Shown in pieces: positions 38,429 to 50,616 of a stretch of 64,000 nucleotides of DNA. The number at the start of each line of letters is the position of its first letter. Position 1 is the first letter of the stretch. The notes under the pieces are model-generated. The model made no database searches and had not been told where the DNA came from. It was given only the letters and a program-made list of their open reading frames with translations. Source of the DNA: Ptychomitrium polyphyllum (taxonomy: Eukaryota); NCBI GenBank assembly GCA_973851085.1, contig OZ316776.1, positions 3,348,001 through 3,412,000 of the forward strand. The letters are read 5' to 3'. Made by a program: the position numbers and the translations under genes.

Positions 38429-40499
38429 CTTTGACGAACCTCCGCTTAAATTCAAATGGAGTAGTTCCGAGTAGAGTTGTCTTGCTCCAGGAGTTGCACT
38501 TACTCTGCAGATCAAGCAACGACGTATTGAAAGGGTAGCTGCAGCACTGAAGCCATGACCTTCCGAGTTGCTAAACTTAAAGTTGTAGCGTATTATTGTT
38601 TGCTTTAACGTTATCAGTCTGTTGTTAGTGTGTAGAAATTAAGGTAAATTCAGTGTAGGCAGCAGGTTATTTGGTGTTTGTGCTCAAAAGAATTTTCTTT
38701 TGAAGGTCTCAACAATTTTAAAATCGTGAAAGGATAAGTAAAAAGTATAGACGGGTTCCGTTAGTGAGGTGAAGAACAGGAGTTACAAGGTGCTTCATCC
38801 AGAAGCACGGTTAGATAATACCAAAGCACGGTCTATCGATCTTGAATGTTAGAAGCTTATTATACTTGATCTATTCCGTCGTCTAGATTGTCTGATATTA
38901 TTGGGAGGTTTTTGTATGCTAAGAGGGCTGTAGTGAAGCTTGTAAATTTTTGATATAAGTTCCTGGTCGATTGTACTCCTTATCGGCATATCTAGTTTCC
39001 GTTTCTTAGTGGATAATTCAGCCGGTGATCTAAAAAGATCCTATAATTGATTTCTAGTCTCCTACGTTGATGATATTGTTCATAGAATTTCCTGCTTCTG
39101 ACAATCATGTTTATTATTATTCTCATTCATCTAGCATCTTGCTATGCATGTTTTCTCAATGGGTAAGCTCATCTCCATATATTCGTTTTCACACATCAAC
39201 GCCGAGCTACCCCAGCGCCTAAGAATTGGTGAATCTACCAGCAAGCCTGTTTTTCAGGTGCGTATTATATAGAATGTAAATTTTGGGTGTAAAATTGGAA
39301 TGTGTAAAGAATGGAGAAGGACTGCTGTACCACAATGGCATCCTCCACCACACAAGATGAGTGGCAGCAACCAAAACTACAACGTTAGCAACAACTGTGA
39401 ATGCATGTAAAAGTCACAAAGCCATGTGACGAAGAGCTTCTGTTTCGGTTAGGGGTATTCAGAGCACATTGTGCCTCTACCTTGCTCAAAGTTCTGGTTT
39501 GATGACACAATTTTAAGGCTCTTAAATAGAAGAGCGAGTAGTTTGGTTGGAGAACATAACTTTCTTGAACCGTTCCATTAGGGATCACATTAAAGGAATT
39601 AATTATGAAATAAAACCAAATCCACTATATGGATGTACATCTATATGAAATATGTACACAGAGAGAATGGGGTCTCAATTTGGCAAGTTCAAGAATGTAA
39701 CGGAAGTTGATTGTTAAATTTTATAACTTTTATTTGAAGTGGTTCTCTATTAAATCAATATGGCTTACGGGTTTCTAGTTCTATTTCATCAGTCACTAGT
39801 TTAATAATGATCTCAATTTCAATGTCTTTATTTATTGTAACAAATTTTTATAGCTAAAAACATGTGGAAAAAATTGTTATATATGATGAGGACAACCAAA
39901 CCTTTTACAACTACAAGGTTCAGAGCATGAACAACTACATTCAAATCAACATGTCCTTGATCCATTGCAAATATTCCCTGTGCATTAACAAAGTAATTTG
40001 GAAAAGACTATATCATATTGTAAGTATTTTGTAATTTCAAAAAAACGTTCAGAATATATTCCAAATCTAATTTCAGACTTTAATTAGATTGTTTTTTCTT
40101 ATATGAATAAACGAGAACTCCATCTCATCATAGTGGTGCAGAATGAAGCACGAAAAGTGGGATCACTAGAATGATAAAGAAACATCGCTTGGGTCATAAA
40201 GCTAAATCTGTTGGGAGATATCGTAACCCAACTTGGTGCTGCGCAGGGCGAGGGTTGAATAGTACATTACCTGTGCAAGAATTGGAAACAAGATAATGAA
40301 ATGCCGTAATGATTTCAGTCTATGCTCAGCCAGAATCAGGTCTTTTCTGACCTTTCATAGAATCTCAGAATGCCAACTCATGAATATCTTACTGCTGCTG
40401 AACTGCGCGGTTTTCTTAACCCCACAAGCCAGAAATGAACGACCTCAAAGCAAATACCAGTTTTTGAACTCTTTAGCAAAGGCTAATCTCATGAACATC

Positions 40500-43400
40500 A
40501 TGAGAAGAAAGTCCAATTTCTGCTTGCAGTAACCAGAATTGCTACTGCTGACGAAGAGATCCTTGGTTCTAGAAGTTCCATTTGCATGTGTGCTATGGAG
40601 GATCTGACATAATGATACTATTGTTGTTATCGTGTCATGAAGGGACGCTAATAACTCCATGTGCTGAGGAATTATTTTGTTTTGATACCTGTCTACCATT
40701 TCCGGATACATAATGGTCGTCTGAGGAAAGGGGGGCAGAACTGTTTGCTTGAGAAGAGCTTTCCTTTGCCAACTCTGCAACTTTCCAGACGACCTTCATA
40801 TCTGGGGAGCATTTGGCGACCATTTGGTCCAATATGCCGTCAATGTTTTCTTTTTGCAATTCAGCTCGAGATTGAACAAAAAGCTAATCCATGAACATGA
40901 GAGACATGAGAGTGTATGGGTTTGATAAATCTGAACAAGCCGAAGTCTAAAACTACAACCAACAAACATAATTTTCAACTCGTTAAAGGAGCTGTTAGAC
41001 GAAGATGAGGATAGAAGCAGCGTTTGAACTCTCACGCTATAAGCACAAACGACTGAAACTTCGCTCTTACAGACGAATTCCATAACAGAACCAATGTAAA
41101 TTCAGAAACCTTTGGTTACGGCCACATTAACAGAAAGCAGAAAACTATGAAAGCGAAACTTTAAAAATCTTACTTAGGCGGTGAAAATAATGTATTGGGT
41201 TTGGGAGAGAATTGTCAGTGGGATTTCGACTGCATAGCAACTCCAGCAAAACCACACCGAAGCGGTATATATCACCCTTTTCTGTCAAAGATCTGGTACT
41301 GCAGTACCAGCAGCAGCCCAGACATGTCAAACATTTTAGATATTGATATAGATTGATGTAGGGAAATCTTCCCCAACTTGTTGTAAATGTAAAATTGAGT
41401 CACTCACTCGACTTATTATAACTTTGTAGTCCAGTTGAAGAAAAACCAAGTAATTCCCTAACAAGCACAAACCGAATTTGTGCTCGGATATAAGCAACAG
41501 CTGTTCTAGGCTTCTAGCCACCCTAATCACCACATGGGATGCCCCGTCTTGAGGAGCTAGCTTCGAAAGGCCAAAATCAGCAACCATAGCCACAATCCTG
41601 TTGGTAAGAAGGATGTTGCTACTCTTAGTATCACGGTGAATGAAATTTGGGTCACACCCCTTGTGCAGACATTCCAACCTTGAATAGGAGGTGTATTGTA
41701 TTTGACTGGATACTAACTGAATAAAGATGCTGTCGCAGTGCCCTGGGGCAAATATTCACATATCAATAGTTGATATTGTGTTCTTCGCAGTGACTAACAA
41801 GAGAGACCAGATTCAGGAGGTGAATTCTGGACAACTTCTCCACCTGCAGCACCTAAATGTAAAGGAAAGAAGTGGGCGAATCAGTAAGCCAACAAACTTC
41901 ATGAGTTGGTTGGAAATAAACATAACATCGAACTCCAGAAGAATTGCAGGAATGATCCAACGCTTGAATTAACCAGCTAGTCCACGATCTGCCACTTCCT
42001 TACCGAACTCGTCAGTTCCTTCTCCAGATTTGCCATCTGAGACTTAGACTGACACCTCTTGGTCATCAAACAGCTTGCCGGAGTACACTGGACCGAGGCC
42101 TCCTCTACCAATTTCCACTTCGTAATTCTCAGTGGCAGCAATAATCTCCATAATGGAACAGCGCTTAACTTTTAGATCATTTTTGCATCCTTACTTTTCT
42201 GGATCTTCCAGATTAGGATGAGTAAACATGCAATCACCACAATGGCTGCAACTACTCCTCTGACGACTCCCGCAATAAGTCCCATGTTTGCCTCCCCAGC
42301 ACAGCCAGTTGGTGGCAAGGGCCAGGTATCAACATCTGGATCAATTATCCCGGAATTTTCTGTCACGCTTCAGTAGTTTCCTCTCTTTCGGAACTCAGCA
42401 CTCCAGAAGACTCGTCATAAGCAAAATGAGTTGTCATGAAATGATTGTTTCCCTTAAGCGACTTTTAGCTTATAATTCTATTGAACTTGTAGGTTATCTT
42501 TTTATTGGTTTTTTCATGCAGAACCATAATAGGAGAAGAAGACGAAGTCTATTCTGCACGAATGTTAACTAACATTCAACAACGGGTGATTCCAGCATAC
42601 CAAATTCTGTATGTAATTCACGACTGGCCTCCAGTATTTTACGACTTCGACAACAGCAAACTTGAGGTTGTGTGCAGAAGGTACTTCAGCTTTGCACTTG
42701 ACATATTAGGTCTGTTTATGTAGAGGGAGGAGATTTTTATGCAGATGTTTCTGAGAGTCGTGAGGTAGTCTACTTACAGTCTCTTTTCGGAAAAACTATG
42801 AGAAGTCTGGCCAAATCCTGAAACTCACACGACTTGGATGCACCTTTTGGGTTTCGTTTCATTCCACGAGATACTAAATTTTGATAATTGCTTCGCAGAG
42901 GAGAGATTACTTACACCAGTTACAAGATTTCTCATCCAACGAACTTATTATACTGCACGTACCTGATTCCGGATGACGTTGATTGGCACATTCTAAGTAC
43001 CCGCTAAGGATCAGCTGTGCCATCTATCACTTCAATCTGCTGAAGTATACACGACGTGGACGAAATGGACTTGCTAAATGCTGGCGATCCTCGAAGGTCA
43101 CAAATGCTCTTTATGATCAGGTAGACGAAAAATGCATAAGATTGCCGAGATACTTAAGTTCACTCAACGCACTTAGAGATCTCAAGGAAGCAGGAAACCA
43201 TTCACTTAATATATTATGAAGTTGCAAACTCTGTGAAGAGTGCTTCGCAAAGTGCTCTTTCGAGTATTCTAAATCTGTCGATACACCCTTGTCAGGGATG
43301 ATTCAGGTAAGTGTATTACGAAACAACGAACTGTACCTCACATAGTATCACATTAAGACACGGTTACTATGCACCCAAATCACATTCAGTGACGATGGTC

Positions 43401-43900
43401 TCCTACACAATAAGAGGAGTGATTATTTGCTCCAGGTAGGTCAGTGGTACTAACAAGCATGTAACTGCTGTTAATGAGCCAAAAAGTAACAAAGTATTTC
43501 TCCAATTAGACTGCAGTTTGAAAGTATCTCGTTCCTCCTCAACAATTTGCATGCAGAGGTAAGCACCTAAGGTACCAAAATAATCAACCTGATTCTTCTG
43601 CATTTTAATTGGAACACGGTAAATTGTACAAGATGAATCCCACGATTACTTAGAAGCTCACCATTTTCGCCTCAAGAAGATTGAAAAAGTATATCTGAAA
43701 GAAAGAGTTCCGCATGTAATTCAAATCTCTCATTAACATCAAAAAGCATACTCACAACCTTCAATTCTAAATATCAAAAGAGAACCTTGCAGATCCGGTG
43801 AACTTGCACTGGGACCAGCAGTACCACATCAATTGATAAGCTCGGGTTGACATGCATCTACGAAAAACCACTGTTAGCGTAAGAGCAGTCTTAATTTTCA
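40500..43900 (-). pseudogene. LRR receptor-like kinase pseudogene (LRR-I-like)
   Basis: Collinear fragments: SIDCG-like start (~43.83 kb), LRR (FPASLRSLSALSELKYL, ~43.15 kb), TM (GLIAGVVRGVVAAIVVIACLLILIWK), IGRGGLGPVYSGKL, VSV* (catalytic Lys codon is TAA at 42044-42046), [12 protein letters not shown]...[24 protein letters not shown] and VWKVAELA. Stops, frameshifts and missing segments throughout; outer boundaries approximate. Confidence 0.85.
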
Positions 43901-44525
43901 TACGAGCCGCAACTATACAAATTCCACTACTAGCGAGTTACAAGTTCCTAATCGATGGACCTCAGCCTGACCTAAGCTACTGTCAGCCTCAACGTCGTCA
44001 AAACTTGCACAAGTTCAAAGCTGGACAAGCCTTGCCATTTGTCAAGTCGGTTGGAGGTGTCGAAGGCCAGTGCAGATGAACATCCACAGCAATCAACGAC
44101 GGCAGGTCAGTCGGCTGAGGAGCTGCAGAGAGCGTCGAAGTGGATGTAGGACCAGTTGCTCAACGTGTCAAACCCCAGTGTGGTTGACTTCCGACGTCCA
44201 CCTGCAACTTGGTAGATATTCCCTGCTCAGGGATCACCCGTGCTGAAACCGATGGTCAATTCTCTCCTAGTCCGTGGACTTGTTCGACTCAGCTCTGCAG
44301 AGTACAAGTTAGCAAGGCCACCAAGAGGTCATTCCTAGGGGGCAAAACCAGTGAGTTTCCTAGATGCGTTAGAGGACCAGGTTGTTTCGTCGGATGCTTT
44401 CCTGTTCGAACTTCAAGCATTACGTCCAGAAGTGGTGACGAACTTTCCTTCTGACCGGGTCAGTAACCAGTGTCCTACAAACTGAGGTGCCCGGTAACAG
44501 TCGAGGGGTAGCGGTTGACGTCCCC

Positions 44526-47369
44526 AATTTCTGATCCGTGACGATGGAGAACTAGGGCGCTCGTGCTGCGTGAACAGAGAATCAAGTGGCGCATCCGATT
44601 CTGTACCAGGAGTTAGCATATTTCAATCCTGACCTCGTGCCGTGCCTGCGAGAAGAAGGAACTGTCGACTATTGCCATCCAGCCTGTTACCGCGTCCCGA
44701 CGGACACAAGCACCGGCCTACTGTGAGGTTACAGCCTCCCTGTGCCCTCACGCGCTGGAGTACTGTGGCCTCAGGTAGTTTCGCAGCCTCTCAGCATCTC
44801 TGGAGTGTCGTTGAGGAGAGTTTGTGTCTGCAGAGCGCGCATACGAGGAAGCGCCCTTGCACCGCGGCAGCCCTAACATCCCCTTGCATCCACGGACGAG
44901 CGAGGGGCGGCGATCTGTCCTTCGTGCGGTCTCCTGGAAGTGCGTGGGCGCTCTTCCACCGGGATATCCCCCCTCTCGCGGCTCGGCCGTCATCCGAAGC
45001 CTTCAGATTCCATCGTTTACTGTCGCGGCCGCACTTCCGTGTAGAGATCATTCCATGTGCAAGTGGATTCGTCGTTTGAGGGGGAGCATAGCGGGTTCGC
45101 AACTTCGCACTCTGGAGTTCCCATGTCGCAGCAAGCTCAAGCAGAGCGGCGCTGTTGGGTTGGGTTTCCAACATCTGAGAGGACATCCGCATTTCGTGCT
45201 CTGAAAGTAGACGTCGTCCCTCTTAGAACCCTCACTCCTGAGCTTCGACTGCAAGGGGCTGGAAGAGCGAGCCGTTCCATAGCTGGGGCAGTGAGCAGTG
45301 ATGGCAGATACAAGTGCACGCAGCGGCCAGTTGGAAGAAGTGCCATCGTCAGAGCCTTGTTTACAGAGCGGTGCATCGGGCGGCTTAGAGCCTGTCCCGG
45401 CACTGGGAAGTGAAATCGAGCATGCCGCCACCGCTTCCCCAGCATTAGTCCCTGCGCACGCTGAGAGCACCGGGACCACTGCGACCGTGAGGAAGAGGAC
45501 GGAGAGAGATGGGAACAGGCTGAGCGTGGAGGAGCAGATCGAGCATTCAAAGAGTCACTGGAGTGAGGTGGTGAAGCCCAGTTCTAGGAATGCGGGATGT
45601 AAGAAGTCGTGTAGTTGTTCAAGAATCTTGGGCGCTTGCTTTGGTGGAAGTAGGCCCGATCCCGATGAGAAGGTGGTAGAGGAGAGCAACGTGGAAGTGT
45701 TCAAGGCTCTGCAATCGCATCCAACCTGGGGTAGTTTCTTTCGGACATTTGGTTATGATTTAGGAATGCAGAGAAGTTCGGGTTCACTGGTGGTGGGGAA
45801 GAAGTTTGCAGAGGGTGGGCAGGCTGAGCTCTTTCATGCCCATATCATTTGGGAAAACGAATGGGCGAATGAGGATTGTTTGAAAAAGGGGCATGAGTGG
45901 GTGCTGAAGGTGTTTAAGAAGGGCACCTTGTTGAGCGATTTGGAGAAGCAGTGGCCTCGTGGACTGTTGCAATCTGATGCGGAGAAGTTTAGACGCACTA
46001 GGCTAAAGCTACCTCAACCGTTAGCATACACTTGTGAAGTTCAATGTGCAACGTTGTTGGAGGACGGTCGGTTTGCATTTGTGCTGAGAAGAGAAGATGG
46101 AGATTTGCGAGCTCTCATTGACCGCAACATGAAGTTGAGGATTGGCCAAGAGTGTGGTCCGTTTGAGAAAGGAGGAGCCGAAGTTGTCATGTATTGTATT
46201 GTACTTGGGATGCAATGGTTGCATGATCGTGACATTGTGCATCGGGACCTCAAGGCTTCCAATGTGCTTGTATCTGATGTTGAAGGGGGTTGGAATTTAC
46301 GTGTATCGGACTTTGAATGTTCGAATTTAGTCATTGGAATGGGGTTTTGGAGGGCTCCAGAGATATTGCAAGCTCTTAACGATAGGAGTGTGTATGAAAA
46401 ATCCAAAGTATTTTCAAAGGAAGCGGATGTATATGCCTTTGGAATGACATGCTATGAGATATTGACAGGGAAGCTTCCATTTGGGAATCATCGATGGAAT
46501 GGTTATGATCTTGTCCTCAACGGACAACGTCCAAAGGTACCAGAGTATATTGATGAATGGATGTACAAAGTATTGAGTAGATGTTGGCATTCCAATCTTA
46601 GAGCTAGACCTTCATTTGGAGAAATAAGGAATGTACTTTTAGGAACATCAACTTTAGTTAAAGAATTTGATGAAAGGCAAAGAAAGTTCATAGAAGAACA
46701 TGGAATAGTTTGATAAGGTAATTGTTGGATTTATACCATAATAGAATTTAAATGTGGAATTTGCAATGCTGTTCATATTGTTATGATCTCGTCTTGACTT
46801 CTTGAGTGCGAGAGTTTGTAAATGACTTGCCTTTTTCTTTATTGGTGGTGCTTATTTTGTTTATCAATTGCTAATTGATTTGTAAGATATTCTTAGTTGA
46901 ACTTGTTGAATATGCTTGTCCTATGCTTGTTTGTGTACAACCAAAATAATTAATTTCCGCATAGAATTCAAAACTTCAGTATAAGTCATATTAGTTTAAA
47001 TTGTTGAGGTACGGGTGGTAGTTGCTATGGAGAGAGTAGTAACAAGACAAAGCTTTAGAATATCAAGATATGAAACAAGATATGTTGAAGGTATATTAGA
47101 AATAAAGAGCTATAATAAGGTATAAAAACAAGGCCATAAGGTCTAAGCTAGATCATAAGAAACACATTGTCAAGATTAAAAATATTTTTAGCCTCAATTA
47201 CTATATATGTTAGGACTACAAGCTTTGGAAGCTTCTTGAGAAACCTCTATTAGTTGCTGTATACTCAAGCAACCTTGGATTGCTTCTTCGAAAGCTTTGT
47301 GAATTAAGATAAAATCTTTGAAAGCTAACTAAGCCAAATTAACTTCTTTGGAAGTTTTTAAACCTTATA
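44526..47369. repeat. Inverted copy of ~7760-10640 (kinase upstream region, CDS, 3' flank and LTR)
   Basis: Reverse-complement identity runs from GACGATGGAGAAC (~44540) through the CDS and 3' flank (TGATAAGGTAATTGTTGGATTTATACC) to AACCTTATA at 47369. Confidence 0.92.
45301..46713 (+). CDS. Intronless TKL/Raf-like protein kinase, copy 3
   Basis: Same length and motifs as copies 1 and 2, except GTGFW is GMGFW. ORF intact. Confidence 0.88.
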   Translation: MADTSARSGQLEEVPSSEPCLQSGASGGLEPVPALGSEIEHAATASPALVPAHAESTGTTATVRKRTERDGNRLSVEEQIEHSKSHWSEVVKPSSRNAGCKKSCSCSRILGACFGGSRPDPDEKVVEESNVEVFKALQSHPTWGSFFRTFGYDLGMQRSSGSLVVGKKFAEGGQAELFHAHIIWENEWANEDCLKKGHEWVLKVFKKGTLLSDLEKQWPRGLLQSDAEKFRRTRLKLPQPLAYTCEVQCATLLEDGRFAFVLRREDGDLRALIDRNMKLRIGQECGPFEKGGAEVVMYCIVLGMQWLHDRDIVHRDLKASNVLVSDVEGGWNLRVSDFECSNLVIGMGFWRAPEILQALNDRSVYEKSKVFSKEADVYAFGMTCYEILTGKLPFGNHRWNGYDLVLNGQRPKVPEYIDEWMYKVLSRCWHSNLRARPSFGEIRNVLLGTSTLVKEFDERQRKFIEEHGIV

Positions 47370-50300
47370 GTGTCGCGCACCTCGCCCTGAGGAGTGCCCG
47401 CAACACTAAGGGCACAAGGGGGACCCCGAAGTGACGTCCGGGACTTGTGGCGCCAATAGTGAGAAGAACCGAGTGGGCCTAACATGGGAAGGACCCCTAG
47501 GAGGAGAAACATCCTTGCCCATGAAGATCGAGGGCCACCAGGGATAAATTGTGGGCATTAAAGGAATCATGAAGAGCTGATTCTAGAATGCTAAGGATTG
47601 CCCAAATCGGACATGGGAGCTAAAAGTTATGGCACCTCAAAGTTGGGGTTGCCAAGGGGCTATTCTGGAGTGTGGCAGCCCTACACAGTGACTGTGCTGG
47701 AGTGGGATAGTCCAGGGAGGGACTCCCCGGGAGTCCCGAACCTTGGGAGAGGCGTATCTCCCACAATACTAACTCAAATCGGACGTTTGAGGAGTCTATC
47801 GGCATCTACGCGAAGAGTAAATGACGATAAAGTGGTTGCTTGATACAGTCGGGCACGAAATGAGGAAGATATGGCGCCCTAAAGGTCCGCTGGGAGTCCC
47901 GGAGGCTTGCAGCGGCTAAGTCCCAAGGGGGATCGGGTGGTCTTCCAAAACTTTAGGTGTGTCGAGGTTCAGCTAGCTCCAGAGAGCCAGGGGGCCTGCC
48001 GAATCCCACAGAGAGTACTATAAGGGAGGGCTGGTCCCCCTCCCCACTCCCATAGTGTCCCGGTAGAAATCAAGAGTGAGTCCCGGTTGGTGGAGCTAGT
48101 GTTGGGTTTCACCACGGGGACTCCCACACCATTGTGAGCCGGTGGACGGCCGGTTTCACAAAGGGAACTAGCACGTTCAAAAGGGTACGCTTGTTACCAC
48201 TAAATTGGGGTGGTGTCTTCACGCCGGCACCATGATGGCCCGGGGTGATCTTAGGATCACTTGAGCATCATGAGTGGTGGTGAGGAGACACCACTAAGTG
48301 CGGTTAGGCCGTGTGGAATGGGAGTAACACCAAGTGAGGCCTTGGACATGAATGGAAGTGCGCACCTAACCATTGGCTACTAATAAATTGGGTGTCCTAA
48401 GAGAAATGGTAGAAAGACTTGAAAAGTGAGAATGGGGGTTAATCATGTGCATGTAGGGGTGTACAGGGTTGACGCGTGTGACGCTTGCTAAGGTGCATTG
48501 CAAGGGTTGCGACAAGTCGGGTCCTCTCACTATCGGCGCCACAAGTCCCGGACGTCACTTCGGGGTTCCCCTTGTGCCCTTAGTGTTGCGGGCATTCCTT
48601 AAGGAGAGGTGCGCGACAAAGAGAACCCAAAGATGATGGAACTTGAAGGAGACTTAATAACATTAAAAACTGCTTGGCTACTATGGCATTCCAAAATTAC
48701 TTTTAATTTCATAAATAACATCTCTAGAAGATAAAAGTCGGTCATCTATGACTTCTATATGGACCGACTAGGACTTTTTAATAATAAAAACTTATAGATT
48801 TTTAAAAACTCTTTGTTAATAAATCAAACAGAGTCCCTTATATCTAATACAATAAGGCTTTTGAGTTTCTAAACATCTAAACAAACAAGTATAATAAAAA
48901 AAAAAAAAAAATTAATTAAGAGGATATGACTTTTTTTTCTTTGTTAAGGAAGCAGATGCAGCTGCATGGTCCATATTGTGGCTAAGCGTCCTTGTTTTTC
49001 TATAAAATATTTGGAGTTGTAGTTGTATCCTTCATTTAACATATACATAGGAATTTCTTTGGGCAGTGATCAACGTTGTGACCAGGTTTTCTACAGTACA
49101 AATACAAGCCTCACTCTCTTTATCGCTTCTTCTCATATTTTGTAAGGGATTTGAAGCAAACTGCATCAATCTGCACGGCTTCCATTTCCAAATATTTATT
49201 AGAGGTGAACAAAGCCGAGGCTACTAAGAAGTTGGTATATAACCGCGACGTAATCAAAGCTTGTTTACTTTGTTGGCATTGAAATAAACAATTATTGCAC
49301 TTCAAAGTTTGATTGATGGCCTCATCAAGTGTTTGGAAATCTAGAATGGATAGCAACAAATCCTTAACTTTATTACGTATGCTCTAATAAAATGCTCTAA
49401 CTTCTTCTTTACAATTAATGTTATATGCAAGTTGTCAAAATTTTGATGCATAAATTGACATCAAATGTGGTCTTTAGCATAAGGCGTAAATCTCAGTAGT
49501 TGCAAAATAAAGCTTATCATGGTCACCAAATGCTTCTACAAACGCGGCTAGTAACGCATCAAAGTTGCTAAATATGGGAGAATTCTTTTCAAAAGGTGGT
49601 GCAAATCAAGACAATGCTTGTCCTGAGAACAATGTTTCCACCAAACCAATGCAAGAAGCATCTATAGGATATCATTGAAGCTAGAGCAAAGTAACAAGTT
49701 GAAGTTGATTTACAAAGCTTTGAAATTTTGAACGCATACTATAAATCTTCTTCAAAACGCTGATTCTTGATTTCTTGGTTGTTGACATTGAATTGCTAGC
49801 TTAAATTTGTGCATCTTCTATTAAAGCAAATTTAAACAATGGAACACTTAGGATGATTTGAAGTAGCAATTGGGATGCTTGGCTATTATATATGGTCAAA
49901 AAAGTTCTTTATTTTGCTTTGATAAAGTCTTAGTTATGATTCTCAATGCTTCAAGGGCATTGATAATGGAATCTAACTTGGCTTCTTTTTAATTAGTCAT
50001 ATTGACTTCTTCAATTCTTAGCATGAAAAAAATAAAAATTGCTAAATAAAAAAACTTAAGAAGATTTAAGAAGCAATATCAACCTAGAAGAGGGTAATGC
50101 ACAACTTCTAAAGCGCTATTGTAATTTCAAGAAGAAGGATGTTCCACTCTCTATCAAGAAAGACCAAATTTTTGTATTATTATATGACAGTCTCGACAAA
50201 TTGTTACAAATAGAGTAACAACAAGACAAAGCTTCAGAATATCAAAATATGAAACAAGATATGTCCAAGGTATATTAGAAGTAAAGAGCTATAAACAAGG

Positions 50301-50616
50301 TATAAAGACAAGGCTAGAAGATCTGAGCCAGACCACTAGAAATGCATTGTTAAAATTAAAGATCCCATATTTTTATATATGCTAAGATTATATGCTTTGG
50401 AAGCTTCTTGAGAAACTTCTATTATATTACTTTGTACTCAAGCAACCTCAAGTTGCTTCCTTAGAAGCTACCTAAACGGAGGTAACTTCCTGAAAGCTTT
50501 GTAAGTCAAGATAACTTCCTTGGAAGTTTTCTAAACTAAGATTACTTTTTGGAAAGCTTCTTTAGCATTTTTAAACCTTCTAAGAAGCTTTATACATGCT
50601 TCTAATGTTTGTCACA
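47023..50616 (-). mobile_element. Internally deleted Ty3/gypsy LTR retrotransposon: 5' LTR 50202-50616, decayed gag ~49050-50000, partial 3' LTR 47023-47369
   Basis: Two similar, same-orientation LTRs flanked by GTAGT (47018-47022) and GTAGC (50617-50621). The gag remnant reads GLVETLFSGQALS*FAPPFEKNSPI...QTLDEAINQTLKCNNCLFQ...QIDAVCFKSL...LYCRKPGHNVDHCPK (CCHC-like). No pol is recognisable. Confidence 0.8.
47371..48618. mobile_element. GC-rich non-autonomous element with 102-bp terminal inverted repeats (TG...CA ends)
   Basis: 47371-47472 and 48517-48618 are reverse complements (94/102 by manual alignment). There is no long ORF. It interrupts the gypsy LTR. Confidence 0.85.
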
